This document shows, in pieces, positions 1-11,400 of a stretch of 64,000 nt of DNA. How positions within the stretch are numbered: position 1 is the first letter of the stretch; each line of letters begins with the position of its first letter. The notes under the pieces are model-generated. The model was not told the DNA's origin. It worked only from the letters and a program-made list of their open reading frames with translations, and did no database searches. This DNA comes from Leucoraja ocellata. Its lineage: Eukaryota. The translations under genes and the position numbers were made by a program. Where the stretch lies: NCBI GenBank assembly GCA_036785375.1, contig JAWMAR010000421.1, forward strand, positions 806,001 through 870,000. Direction: 5' to 3'.

Positions 1-604
1 TAAGCAGGATAATGGGAAGGGTTAGAATCTACAAATCTAGGATTGCAGTTTCAAATAGAGTTCGGTGAAACTGACAGACTGTTTTGAAGAGATGGTGTCT
101 GATTACCACGGGGAATTACATAGGACTCATTTTATTGGTATGTTAAAATACAAGATCATGCAGATACTGCAATCTAAGCAAGTAGTGATAAGTGGAAGCA
201 AGATGATGGGTAGTCAGTTGACCAAGATCACACGAGGAATGTTTGTAGGCAACAACTCAGCAAAGTTAGGACATTTTAAATAATTGAAACAAGTAAAGTG
301 TTCTGCAACAATTTAGTGTAGTGTTGGCATTTCTAGAAAGTAGAACTTGCAGTGAAGGGTTCCAGTTGCCTGTCTTGTTGTAAATTACAAAGTTAAGGAC
401 CAAGTTTCCGTCCCACCGCGACAGGTTCTACTTATAGTATCAAACGGCACATGGTTTCGAACATCTCCCAGAGCTTTGCTCAGCTGTAAGGAAGCCCATC
501 CCCCAACCCATGCAATCCCCCCCCCCCACAGTCCTTCAGGATTACACACTGTTAGTGAGCAGAATCACATGTAGCAGGACAATGCAGATGTAAAATGTGA
601 GCCA

Positions 605-610
605 TTTATT
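605..610 (-). terminator. Candidate CILP polyadenylation signal (AATAAA on minus strand)
   Basis: TTTATT on + strand, ~450 nt downstream of the CILP stop codon. Confidence 0.45.
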
Positions 611-664
611 TTTACAAACATCATATATTCCATAATACTAACTACAAGCAGAGTATGCAATAAT

Positions 665-812
665 TATATAACCATATAACAATTACAGCACGGAAACAGG
701 CCATCACAGCCCTTCTAGTCCGTGCCAAACACTTATCCTCACCTAGTCCCATCTACCTGCACTCAGACCATAACCCTCCATTCCTTTCCCGTCCATATAC
801 CTATCCAATTTA
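665..812 (-). mobile_element. CR1-type LINE 3'-end fragment in the CILP 3' UTR
   Basis: Reverse complement of a CR1-like 3' end with a short repeated tail (ataaccatataac); same pattern as other CR1 ends in the window. Confidence 0.5.
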
Positions 813-1058
813 TCAAAGGTTGTAGCAAGATCAAGCTGGCACTTGGAGAAAGCTGCTAAATGCCAGTTCCAACACAGAATTGCTTGAATGCATGGTACCT
901 GGGGCAAACTGGAAACCACTGTTATGAAACAGTATCAGAAATAAATAGAATAGAGAATTGATATCAGTTCATAGAATATTTGGAACTAATTTCCTTAAGG
1001 AAGGCTTGACCCTGTAAAACGATGCAGTTTGGAGCAAAGTGCTGCTTTGACCATGTCA

Positions 1059-2573
1059 CTAAACAACAGGGTGTAATGCCTTCCTCCTGGGTACCTCCCT
1101 CTGTCTCCTCAGTTTTTTGTTCAGGCGAAGTCCTCGCAGTTTAACGCCCTTTCCCCGGCCTCGCTTACCTCTCCCCATCCTCTGATTATATACAGGCTGC
1201 TGTCCTGGGAAGTTCTGCAGGGTCTGGAAGACATTCTGGTGACCCACCGGCTTGTCCTCACAATTGAAGGTCAATGCCACGCCTACATTAGACTTCATGA
1301 CTCTCGAGACACTGTCTGAACTTCCATCGAAACATCTCCCCAGTGCCATCTCTTTGGCTATGACTGGATCCTGGTCAGTCACCGTGTAGATGCCATAATT
1401 GTGGCCAAGAGGGTCAAGTGGAGCCAACATGGTAAACTCACTGGTGTCATTGTTGACAGCGAGAGGCAGGTGGTTGACCAGGTATTCCCGTAACATGCTG
1501 TTTATATTTTCCATGCGGCAGTGACCTTGAGGGATGATCTTCACCAGTGTGCGGTCGACCCTCTCTTGGTCGTAGAGCATGCCACTGCATTTGAACTCCA
1601 GACAAACAGCAGAAACGCCAGGCTGGGTCATATCACGTGTACTCCGCACATCCCGGAGCCCGTACATCTGACCCACTGTCCGAGGGTGAGTTCCTCCCAT
1701 GTTTCGAGATCTCACTGTAATTTCATGCCTTCCACTCAGCTTCAACTTTACATAACAAGCCCGGAATTCCATTGGCCGTGGCCACCACGCGAGGTAGTCT
1801 TCCGTCCAACTCGTTGGGTCATTTTCATTGAAAGCCACGGTGTTGTAGTCGTATCTGTCCCCCTCTACTCTGTAAAATCGGAAATGGCCGGCACTAAAGG
1901 GAGCCGTTTCACACTCTCTTAATTTCTCATATGGATAAATGGGACCATTTATTTCCGCTGGTAAGTTGGCATTGGGTTTGGCCACATTTATCCTGAAAGC
2001 TGTCTTTTTATCTCTGGGATCCTCATGATCTGACCTCCTATACTGGAGCTTGTGCAGAAAGGGTTCTTGAACACCCACTGTGTTGGAATTTACAGTGGGG
2101 AAGGAAGCCACAGCCTCCAGCTCCTCTCCTCCAAGAGTCGCCGTCACATAAGCAGAGTAAGCGTGCGGTTGTTGGTCGTCACAGAAAGCGGGCACACAAG
2201 CCCCATGGGCACCTGTAACCGCGCTATCAAAGCGACCCCACGCCCGGGGGTTGGAGGCAAATCCTGGCGTGGGCTCCAGGTTAATGAGAGATACAACCAC
2301 TCCCTCCAACTGATCTCCCGACGTAAATCGATCACCACGAAAGGATCGAACTTTCACATAGCACCTTCTGCTTTCTGGGACATCCAGGTTAAAAAGCCTT
2401 CTCTCCCGAATCTCCATGTTGCCCACCAGGAAGGTTCGCTCTTCACGTTTCCCTCGACGACTTCGAACAAAAGTGAAGGAACCTTCTTCTTCCCAGAAGC
2501 CAGTTTCAGGATTGAGTGACCACAGCTTCATTTGCTCCAAGTGTTCTGGTATATTGACTTGGGCAGTGTCCAA
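1059..2573 (-). CDS. CILP: CILP last exon, 3' part after the frameshift: furin site and C-terminal (C2) chain
   Basis: Translation DTAQVNIPEHLEQMKLWSLNPETGFWEEEG...RRGKR/EERTFLVGNMEIRERRLFNLDVPESRRC...SWTEDYLAWWPRPMEFRACY...LDPLGHNYGIYTVTDQDP. The PESRRC and TEDYLAWWP..MEFRACY motifs match CILP1 better than CILP2. Stop TAG at 1061-1059. Confidence 0.95.
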   Translation of the reverse strand: MDTAQVNIPEHLEQMKLWSLNPETGFWEEEGSFTFVRSRRGKREERTFLVGNMEIRERRLFNLDVPESRRCYVKVRSFRGDRFTSGDQLEGVVVSLINLEPTPGFASNPRAWGRFDSAVTGAHGACVPAFCDDQQPHAYSAYVTATLGGEELEAVASFPTVNSNTVGVQEPFLHKLQYRRSDHEDPRDKKTAFRINVAKPNANLPAEINGPIYPYEKLRECETAPFSAGHFRFYRVEGDRYDYNTVAFNENDPTSWTEDYLAWWPRPMEFRACYVKLKLSGRHEITVRSRNMGGTHPRTVGQMYGLRDVRSTRDMTQPGVSAVCLEFKCSGMLYDQERVDRTLVKIIPQGHCRMENINSMLREYLVNHLPLAVNNDTSEFTMLAPLDPLGHNYGIYTVTDQDPVIAKEMALGRCFDGSSDSVSRVMKSNVGVALTFNCEDKPVGHQNVFQTLQNFPGQQPVYNQRMGRGKRGRGKGVKLRGLRLNKKLRRQREVPRRKALHPVV

Positions 2574-3429
2574 AATAGCTTCACCTGTCCTGCATTGAGT
2601 CTCTCGTTTGCGACGTCATCTCTAAAATCCAGAGAAAACATGCCGTATGTCCTCAAAGGTAGAACATCACCTTCTTCGTTAATGAAGTTGAGGTCACTTT
2701 GTGCTGCTGAGGCCAGTGAGATATCCCTTGGATCCAGGAAGGTGACACTGGCTTTCACCAACCCTCTGTATATTTCCCCATTCTCCCTGTAGAAAGAGTT
2801 GGGTGGGATCTCCAGTTCAGCTACTGGGTCTTGGTTTTCCTTTGACCCGAGGCTGATGGTGTTGCTGATGGAACAATCCAACATTATCTCTGGCTTTTTC
2901 CTGAGAAGTTTAACCTCGTGGAACACAGAACCTCCTTTTCTGTTAAAGGGAAGTACCTTTGTGGTATTAACAAACTTCTGATGGCGATCCACAAAAGTGA
3001 GGACTAACCTGTCAATGTCTGCAGGAACCATAATTGAGAAGGTGCCTTTGTACCCAGTCATGCTGATTTTTTTTCCACCCATAAAAATCTGTCCAAAACG
3101 CATGGGTTCCCCATCGTCAGAAGCCACTGCACGGCCACGGACAATTGCTTTGCTATCGATGCACCTCTGACATCCACATTTATTCACCACTCGAATGGGA
3201 AGTGTGTACATGGAGCAGGAAATCACCCTGTCTTCTAGTTTCACAGCTCCACAGCAATAGGTTGTTGCATCTCTGCACTGCCCCTCTGGTTCTTGAGCGC
3301 CGGCGCATGCAGTTACTGGACATTTACCCACATCGTAGTAAAAAGACTGGCTCAGGTTTTGATAACAGTCGGAAGGAAGTCGTATCAAGTAGCTCTGAGG
3401 AGTCGGGTTACACGAAGGAGCGGCCCGCA
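2574..3429 (-). CDS. CILP: CILP last exon, 5' part before the frameshift
   Basis: Acceptor ttgtttccacag at 3430. Translation (V)RAAPSCNPTPQSYLIRLPSDCYQ...YYDVGKCP...LPLRTYGMFSLDFRD...LNAGQVKLF. Frame changes at the A4 run 2572-2575. Confidence 0.93.
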
Positions 3430-4756
3430 CTGTGGAAACAAGAACAGATCTTCATATACACACACACACACAGGCACGCACACATGGCATCTCAAAGAAC
3501 AAAACAATTGGGAGTTCTGTTGGAAGCAAAATGCAAGTACAATCCGGTGGCAAAAGCAGAAAATGTCAGAACCACTCATCAGGCCAGACCTGCCCAGCGA
3601 GGGAGAGCCAGGGGTATCTGTAGCTGCGTGACCGAGAGTATCTTCACAAAGAGACCCGTGCTGGTTTTAAATAGAATCCAGCCACATTGTATGAGAAGGT
3701 GCAGAATTGTTGAAATGCATGAACCTTTTACATCAGAACATAGCAAGCCTGAGAAAGGAGATGGCACTGACTTTATTGACGGAGCACTTTGTAAGCAGTG
3801 AACATGACAAGGTGAGGAATGGTTTCACAGAAGTGGACTGGAACCAGATACTCAAAGGAAAATACCATCCAAGACTTGAAGGATAGGATCTGCAGTTTTT
3901 AGACTGCAAGGAAACAGCACCTTCACAGGTTGCCCCAAAGTCACACCCTGACTGTATATATTATCGTTCCGTCACTGGGTCTAAGTACTGGAACCCTCCC
4001 AAGCAGCCCAGTGGGAGCGCATTCAAGCGGATGCAGAAGTTCAGGAAAGCCACTCATGACCACCATCTCAAAGGTGTTAAGTCATATTGTCAAAGATGTC
4101 ATAGTGTTTTCTGAGTCATTCGTAACTCACTGTATATCATGTTGTTACTTGTGGGCAGAGCACCAAGGCAAATTCCTTGTATGTGAATACTTGGCCAATA
4201 AACTTACTTACTTAAGTGATGAGATTCAATGCGGCCTTGCCAACAATCCTCACACCTTGAGAAATAAAGTATATTCCTGCAAAGATATTTCTGGCTCCTG
4301 ATGGATGTTGAGTAACGCAGATATGTTAGAGCTTTGCATTTCAAAATTGCACGAGGAGTTTAGAAGGTGCAGGATTGAATTAGGAAAACAAAGTGAGTGT
4401 ATGGGTATGAAATAACAGCGACAAGTAAAACCAAGGAAAGTCCTAGGATGCTCTGGAAATGTTTATTTAAAAGGAAAAGACAAGTCCTATTAAAGAGTGT
4501 GGAGAAAATGCACAAAAATGTAGTCGGTTAAAGCCTCAAATGCTGCAGGATGTCTTTATCTCAAGACTGGTTTATACAAAGACTAAATGTCACTCAATGG
4601 AACCTTTGTTCAATCCAGGAAAACCCCATTCCAATCCCCTGGAAGGAATGTACGCTCAAGGAAATTTCAGGGAGTAATCCCACTGGAACATATACAGGAA
4701 AGGCACCGGGACATACTCTGTATGTGGTCACCCAATCCAAGACAAACGGCAAAGAT

Positions 4757-4942
4757 AGACACAAAATGATGGTGTAACTCAGCGGGCCAGGCAGCATCTC
4801 TGGAGAGAAGGAATGGGTGATGTTTCTGGTCAAGAGGGTTTCAGGTCGGGTCTGATGAAGGGTCTCAATCCGAAATGTCACCCATTCCTTTCCCCCCCAG
4901 AGATGCTGCCTGTGCCACTGAGTTACTCCAGCATTTTGTGTC
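4757..4942. mobile_element. Foldback pair of short Penelope-type terminal elements
   Basis: Left arm gacacaaaatgatgg...gcagcatctctggagagaaggaatgggtga is the reverse complement of right arm tcacccattcc...agagatgctgcc...ccagcattttgtgtc. Confidence 0.65.
4848..4883 (+). ncRNA. Minimal hammerhead ribozyme motif (Penelope-type)
   Basis: GGGT-CTGATGA-A-GGGT(CTCA)ATCC-GAAA-TGTC-ACCC: CUGANGA and GAAA cores, stem II, GUC cleavage triplet, stem I GGGU/ACCC. Confidence 0.6.
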
Positions 4943-5263
4943 GATCTCCACTGAGGAGGTGCTGTGTCAGCACTAGGTGGAGCTAAGTTGTCATATGGAT
5001 GGAGAATATTTCTTGGGACTAGTTCAGAGTTCCTCCATCCACTCTGGGCCAACATCTATGCCTCAATAAATGCGTCTGAACTGTTTCCGATCATAAATCA
5101 TGCTACAACATTGACCACTGATCACTGTAGGAGACCTGCAGTGGCGAAATGCGCTGGAGAAGGAGTCCGACTTAAACGTACCCAACCTGCACACGAGTTT
5201 GAACTTCCTCAGTCTGATTATTTCCTTGAATGTTAGCCCTGGTGTAGTGAAGAGAGGACTGAC

Positions 5264-5421
5264 CTGTTACAGTGAGTGTGGCGGGCTTGGATTTGATGGA
5301 GCCCAGCGTGTTGCTGGCATGACACATGTATTGCCCAGCCTGCTGTGGCTGCAACTGGTGTAACACCAGCACGCTGCCAGATCCTGCTGTCCTTGCATCC
5401 AACAAAGAACCGTTGTGGTAC
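5264..5421 (-). CDS. CILP: CILP exon, 158 nt (Ig-like domain, second half)
   Basis: gatacag|G TAC CAC AAC GGT...ACA G|gtcagt; WYHNGSLLD...AGQYMCHASNTLGSIKSKPATLTV; phases 2 to 1 fit neighbours. Confidence 0.93.
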
Positions 5422-6445
5422 CTGTATCAACGGAAGAAAATAGTACAAAACCATGAGACTAGATAGCATACATAGGCCTTTTGGCTCAACTATGATCTTG
5501 ACAGAGGTTGGAGCAGACTCAATGACCCATGCAGCCTTGTCAGGACACAGCAAGGATGGAGGTGCCTATAAATGTCCATTGGGGGAGAACATTAGATTCG
5601 GTGGGCATTGGAATCAGTTGGGATGAGTTGCAATTCACCAGGGCTGAACCACAGTGACTGAACATTTTGTTGCTGCCCTCGGAGAGGTTTTGGACTGGTT
5701 TGACAACGGGATGAAGGAGGAAAGAATTTACTAAACATCTAGGAAGAGGAGGAACAAAACAACAGCCGAGGAAGCGCAAACTGGGGAAAAGTACTGTGTT
5801 GGGGAATAAAGATGAGGAACCCAGGGCGCATTTAGATGTATGGGTGTACGGCATGGTTGGTTGGGTGGGTGGGGTACAGCAAGTTTAGTTAAGGAAACAA
5901 TGATAGTTGTACTATTCCACTGTCTCCGATAGTCTCTAGTCTCTGACTACCAACCCCAACCTCTTGACAACTGAACAACCTCCAAATACCAGTCCTACTG
6001 CCCCAATCAGTGACTCCAGCCCAGTTACTGAAGCCACCCTTAGTACCTGCCCAGTGTAGATCCAACATTCCAACTAATTATTCCATCCCAATATGCAAAC
6101 AGCCATCCCATCCCAATACAGATCCCAACATTTAAACCAATGATCCCATCCCAATACCGACTGCAATATTTCAACCAGTTAGTCCCTGCCCCAACACCTC
6201 ATGGCTCCAGATCGCAGCCCCAATGTTAACCCCATCATCGGGCACCAACTCCAACCCTCAACAACAGATTCTATCCTCTCCGACCAGCAGTGCCGGCCCC
6301 GAACATTGAGCCCAATTGCTGGTGACCAATCCAACTTTGGACCATTGATTGAATCACCATTGGCGCTGACCCCACAGAGGTAACATGGGCTGCAAGGGAC
6401 AAAGGTAAAGATAAAGGAGCACAAACAAAACTGAGAGGTTCTTAC

Positions 6446-6554
6446 CAAAGGTACTTGTTAGCGGGAGGATTGCACACAACCTGGCAGCAGAAGGTGACGT
6501 CTTGCCCCTCGCGCCTGACCTTGCTCTGGGGTTGTTTCGTGATGAAAGGCTTCT
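6446..6554 (-). CDS. CILP: CILP exon, 109 nt (Ig-like domain, first half)
   Basis: tttctgcag|AG AAG CCT TTC...TAC CTT TG|gtaaga; EKPFITKQPQSKVRREGQDVTFCCQVVCNPPANKYLW. Confidence 0.93.
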
Positions 6555-7196
6555 CTGCAGAAAGGAGAAGATTTAACAAAAACAGTGAGTGCTTTTTTAA
6601 ATCATGCCACTAGTTGTATTGGTTGTTACAGCAGTTTTTTTGTTTATATGGGTTGGTTACTGGTTGCGGAGCTGTGATGAGTTGCATCATTGCAACTATC
6701 AGGTGTCTCAGGTGGTCTGTGTGTTTTGATGATTTATTTATCACAGAAGTGATAATGAAGTGTGTACAAAGGTGGTCTCATATTGAAGGGTGTGGAATAG
6801 GGAAATGCATAGTAACTAATAATAGTTATGTTAAAATGAAGCATGCGTGCTGTAAATGAGGTGCAATAGTGAGGACTGTACAATTGTGAAGGTTGTATGA
6901 TCACACGTGCCATATAATAGGGGCAACTGTATTAGTAAACACCCAAAATGTTGGCCATCCCTTTCTCCCAACAGGTGCTGCTCAATCCACCGAGTACCTC
7001 CAGCAGATTGTTAGCCAGTCCAGATTCCAGTCTCTTTGTGTCTCTGTATTTGTAATATTTGTGCGTTGGTGAAAGGCGTGTAACACAACAGGGAAATGTG
7101 AAACAGTGGACTGTGTAACAATGACAGGTGTGTTGTGTGATTACGTGCCTCCTGTTAGATGCTGTGTACATGCGGAGGTGTAGTGTATTTCCTTAC

Positions 7197-7511
7197 CGGA
7201 TCTCTTGAGCTTTATATCGATGGTGGAGACTCTGCTGGTGCTTTGGCGCAGTGTGACAACAGCAATTCCATAATAAGGCTTTCTGATCTCCAAGGCAGTT
7301 TTTCCATCAGGACAGAGGCCAGGTATCCTGAACTTGCCGTTATTGTCACAGACGGTCAAGGCTTTGTTGGAGCTTCCCCTCAGGTGAACAGTTGCCTCGG
7401 AGGCAGGAGCCCCATCCTGGAGTCGCACTGAACCATAGAGGGAATGGTCCTCACACATGCACTGGGTGCACGCTGCATTCACACGGCCCATGGCACACCT
7501 TAGCTCACAAC
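7197..7511 (-). CDS. CILP: CILP exon, 315 nt (carboxypeptidase-regulatory-like domain)
   Basis: gttgcag|GT TGT GAG CTA...TCC G|gtaagg; CELRCAMGRVNAACTQCMCEDH...GKFRIPGLCPDGKT. Confidence 0.93.
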
Positions 7512-9035
7512 CTGCAACACACCACAGTCAAGCTCAGTCAGAATTAATTCAAGGACCAAAGCATTCCCTTACGCAATCCAGATCTATTCTTTCTGCTCCC
7601 AGGCTGAGTGGAATTCTTTTTGTTCTCAACTTTCATGCAAGGGATCATCCTGCAGAATTCCCATACACCGCCAGGTACAATTCCCAATCCTTCCCCTTTC
7701 AGCATCCCCAAGAGAGTGTTCTTGTTGCATAATTCAGTTTCTCCCCATGTCTCAGCAACTTGCTGTGCACCCTCAACACCAGCCAATACGCCTCCTTTCT
7801 TCCCATTGTCCAGGAACCCAAACAATAATTACCATGAAGCAGTGATTTACTTCATTCGGTTAAATTTACTGCTCTGTTGACAGCAGGGTTTCCTCTGCAT
7901 GCAGATGACAGGAGATTGTCGATTGTTCACCCATTACTGCGATCCTCAGCTCCTACTCGCCCATCGCTTGTATTCTTCACCCTTCTACTCTCGCTGCTCC
8001 TCTAATTAAGTAACACTATATTCGCTGATTATAGTCTTTCAGACACAACATCAAGTTCAATAATCCTGTACAATCGTATTCCAGGATTTTTATTTTGGAT
8101 TTCCAGTATTCACGCCACACATTATCAGCCTTGTATTCAATCAATCAACCTTTATTGTCATCTTGCAAGCAACAAGTACAGTGCAAAATGAAAAGACGTT
8201 TCCCAGTGAATAGCGGATTCCTGCATTTCATGGATCTTCTCTATTTCTTCCCTTCCACTTTCTCTGCATCTTAAAACCTGCGTACCTCTGACATTTCCCT
8301 ACATCTAATGAAATCTGAAACTTGAACTTGGTTTCTTGTTCCACAGAATCTGTAAAATTTTCCAAGTGACCCAGTATTTTCTGTTCTTATTTTACAATCA
8401 TAGTGAATTAGGAACGTAATGTTCTGTCTGTATCGAGGGTGAGAGGGAAACATTGCATTGAAGACCGAAGAGATTTTCAACCTCTGGTTGAACTCTGGCT
8501 GAGGCCAAAGGGAAATGGCGACTGTATTGTTACAGCTCAGGAAAGTCCCTCCGGGGTAACCACAGGATGCAGGACTGGAAGTTGTGCAAGGAATGAGGAG
8601 AGGATCACTTTACTAGAGTGCCTCTGGGTAACTCCACAGCTCAAGGGCATCCACGGAGGAGATGGAGGAAGAGCAATTTGCAATCAGTTGACACTAAATC
8701 TTAACAAGAATATTTTTCACACTTAGTGACTTAGCATTTGATCAGAATAGTTGTTTTTTTAAGTTTAAAAAAAACTAAAACTAAACTAATAAGTTGTCCC
8801 TTTAAAAAATTAACCCCAACCTAGCTACTGATCAACAACCTTCCATCGGAAGTGTGAAAAGTCAGATGTCATTGAACCCAGGCACAAGTGACAATAAGGA
8901 ACCATTGAGGTATCTCTGCCAATAATTTTGAATTGTTCACAGATGATAAACGTATTTCCTTTGAAGATGATGTCATGGGATGGGATTTATTTTACAACCA
9001 CTTTACAATGAAGAGCAGATCAGATCAGATATTAC

Positions 9036-9104
9036 CGGCAGTCTGCTGTTGCCCACCGCTCTTTGCTGGAAGACTATGCAGTCTCAAGTCTGTTGAGGGA
9101 GTCA
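9036..9104 (-). CDS. CILP: Candidate additional in-frame 69-nt CILP exon
   Basis: Strong acceptor gttttgtttttgtgctctactcacag, donor G|gtaata, phase 1-1, stop-free: VTPSTDLRLHSLPAKSGGQQQTA. Confidence 0.5.
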
Positions 9105-9167
9105 CTGTGAGTAGAGCACAAAAACAAAACCACCATTACTCATAAATGGAATGATCAATAATGATGC

Positions 9168-9570
9168 AGTTTAGAAGAATGAGGGGGGGACCTCAATGAA
9201 ACGTACAGAATAGTGAAAGGCTTGGATAGAGTGGATATGTTTCCACTAATGGGAGAGTCTAGGACAAGAGGTTGTAGCCTCAGAATTAAAGGATGCTCTT
9301 TTTGAAAGGAGACAAGGGGAAATTTCTTCAGTCAGAGGGTGGTGAATCTGTGAAATTCTTGGCCTCCACAGAAGACCGTAGAGGTCATGTCAGTGGATAT
9401 TTTTAAGGCAGAGATAGATAGATTCTTGATTACTACAGGTGTCAGAGGTTTTGGGGAGAAGGCAGGAGAATGGGGTTCGGAGGGAGAGATAGATCAGCCA
9501 TGATTGAATGGTGGAGTGGACAATGGACTGGATGGCCTAATCCTACTCCTATCCCATATGACCTTATGAC
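9168..9570 (+). mobile_element. CR1 LINE 3' fragment
   Basis: tttagaagaatgaggggggacctc...gggagagtctaggacaagagg...cagagggtggtgaatctgtg...gatcagccatgattgaatgg. Confidence 0.75.
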
Positions 9571-9603
9571 CCCTAGGAGGGTCAGTGCTGAGTGAACACC
9601 GCA

Positions 9604-10966
9604 CCGTGGGAGGGGGAGTGTGGTACTGTGGGGGGGGCAGTGTGGTACTGTGGGGGGGGGGGGGCAGTGTAGTACTGTGGGGGAGGGGCAGTGTGGGACT
9701 GTGGGGGAGGGGCAGTGTGGGACTGTGGGGGGGGGGGGGCAGTGTGGGACTGTGGGGGGGGGGGGCAGTGTGGGACTGTGGGGGGGGGCAGTGTGGTACT
9801 GTGGGGGGGGCAGTGTGGTACTGTGGGGGGGGGGCAGTGTGGTACTGTGGGGGGGGGGGCAGTGTAGTACTGTGGGGGAGGGGCAGTGTGGGACTGTGGG
9901 GGAGGGGCAGTGTGGTACTGTGGGGGGGGAGTAGTGTGGTACTGTGGGGGGGGGCAGTGTGGGACTGTGGGGGAGGGGCAGTGTGGTACTGTGGGGGGGG
10001 GGTAGTGTGGTACTGTGGGGGGGGGCAGTGTGGTACTGTGGGGGGGGGCAGTGTGGTACTGTGGGGGGGGGCAGTGTGGTACTGTGGGGGGGGGGGCAGT
10101 GTGGTACTGTGGGGGGGGGCAGTGTGGTACTGTGGGGGGGGGTAGTGTGGTACTGTGGGGGGGGGGGCAGTGTGGTACTGTGGGGGGGGGGCAGTGTGGT
10201 ACTGTGGGGGGGGGCAGTGTGGTACTGTGGGGGGGGGGCAGTGTGGTACTGTGGGGGAGGGGAGTGTGGTACTGTGGGGGGGGCAGTGTGGTACTGTGGG
10301 GGAGGGGAGTGTGGTACTGTGGGGGGGGGCAGTGTGGTACTGTGGGGGAGGGGAGTGTGGTACTGTGGGGGGGGGGGCAGTGTGGTACTATGGGGGGGGG
10401 GGGCAGTGTGGTACTGTGGGGGAGGGGAGTGTGGTACTGTGGGGGGGGCAGTGTGGTACTGTGGGGGGGGGGGAGGGGCAGTGTGGGACTGTGGGGGGGG
10501 GGCAGTGTGGTACTGTGGGGGAGGGGAGTGTGGTACTGTGGGGGGGGGGGCAGTGTGGTACTGTGGGGGGGGGGCAGTGTGGTACTGTGGGGGGGGGCAG
10601 TGTGGTACTGTGGGGGGGGCAGTGTGGTACTATGGGGGGGGGGCAGTGTGGGACTGTGGGGGGGGGCAGTGTGGTACTGTGGGGGGGGGAGGGGCAGTGT
10701 GGTACTGTGGGGGGGGGGGCAGTGTGGTACAGTGGGTGGGGGAAGTGTAGTACTGTGGGGGGGCAGTGTGGTACTGTGGGGGGGGAGGGGCAGTGTGGTA
10801 CTGTGGGGGGGGGGCAGTGTGGTACTGTGGGGGGGGGCAGTGTGGTACTGTGGGGGGGGGCAGTGTGGTACTGTGGGGGGGGGCAGTGTGGTACTGTGGG
10901 GGGGGGCAGTGTAGTACTGTGGGGGGGGGGGCAGTGTGGTACTGTGAGGGGGGGGGGCAGTGCTGT
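9604..10966. repeat. G-rich minisatellite, unit ~ACTGT(G)7-13CAGTGTGGT (~21-27 bp)
   Basis: Directly visible tandem array; it explains all the Gly/Pro-rich ORFs in this interval. Confidence 0.97.
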
Positions 10967-11400
10967 ATTGCCTATGGTGTAGTTTGTTTGCTGACCCACT
11001 CTTTAGTTGATCCTGCATTGTGTAAATGCACTGTAGAAAATCCTGTAGTATCTTTAAAGCATCGAACATCAAGATTAGAGGATGTGGTGAGCAGATGACA
11101 CCTTGACTCATTGTTGCATGGAAGCCTGCCCACTGACCAGTATCGTTCCTTCCTTCTTAATGCAGTAAATATTGTTGCGTGTCACATAGTGGTGTAACTA
11201 CATGAGGGGGGAGTGATGCTTGGGAGAAGATTCATCTCTGATTCCACTCTTCATGAAGGAAGGGATCATTAGAATCGAGTGATCATGTGAAGTCAGGATT
11301 GCTGCACCAACCTTTGCTTTCACATGAGCTTTGAGGAAACTTGCTGATTATTGTCACTCCGGCAGTCGAGCCTGGAACATGAGCAGTGTGATGCACGTAC

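Noticed and set aside
1059-3430. Two separate genes (504 aa and 300 aa ORFs)
   Set aside because: They are consecutive parts of one CILP exon split by a 1-nt indel.
9604-10966. CRISPR-like array, or V(D)J recombination signals (CACAGT on minus strand)
   Set aside because: The 'spacers' are only G-runs, the context is eukaryotic, and there are no nonamers or V/J segments.
9582-11111. 509-aa Pro/His-rich and overlapping Gly-rich ORFs (extensin-like)
   Set aside because: Translations of an intronic minisatellite; open in several frames on both strands.
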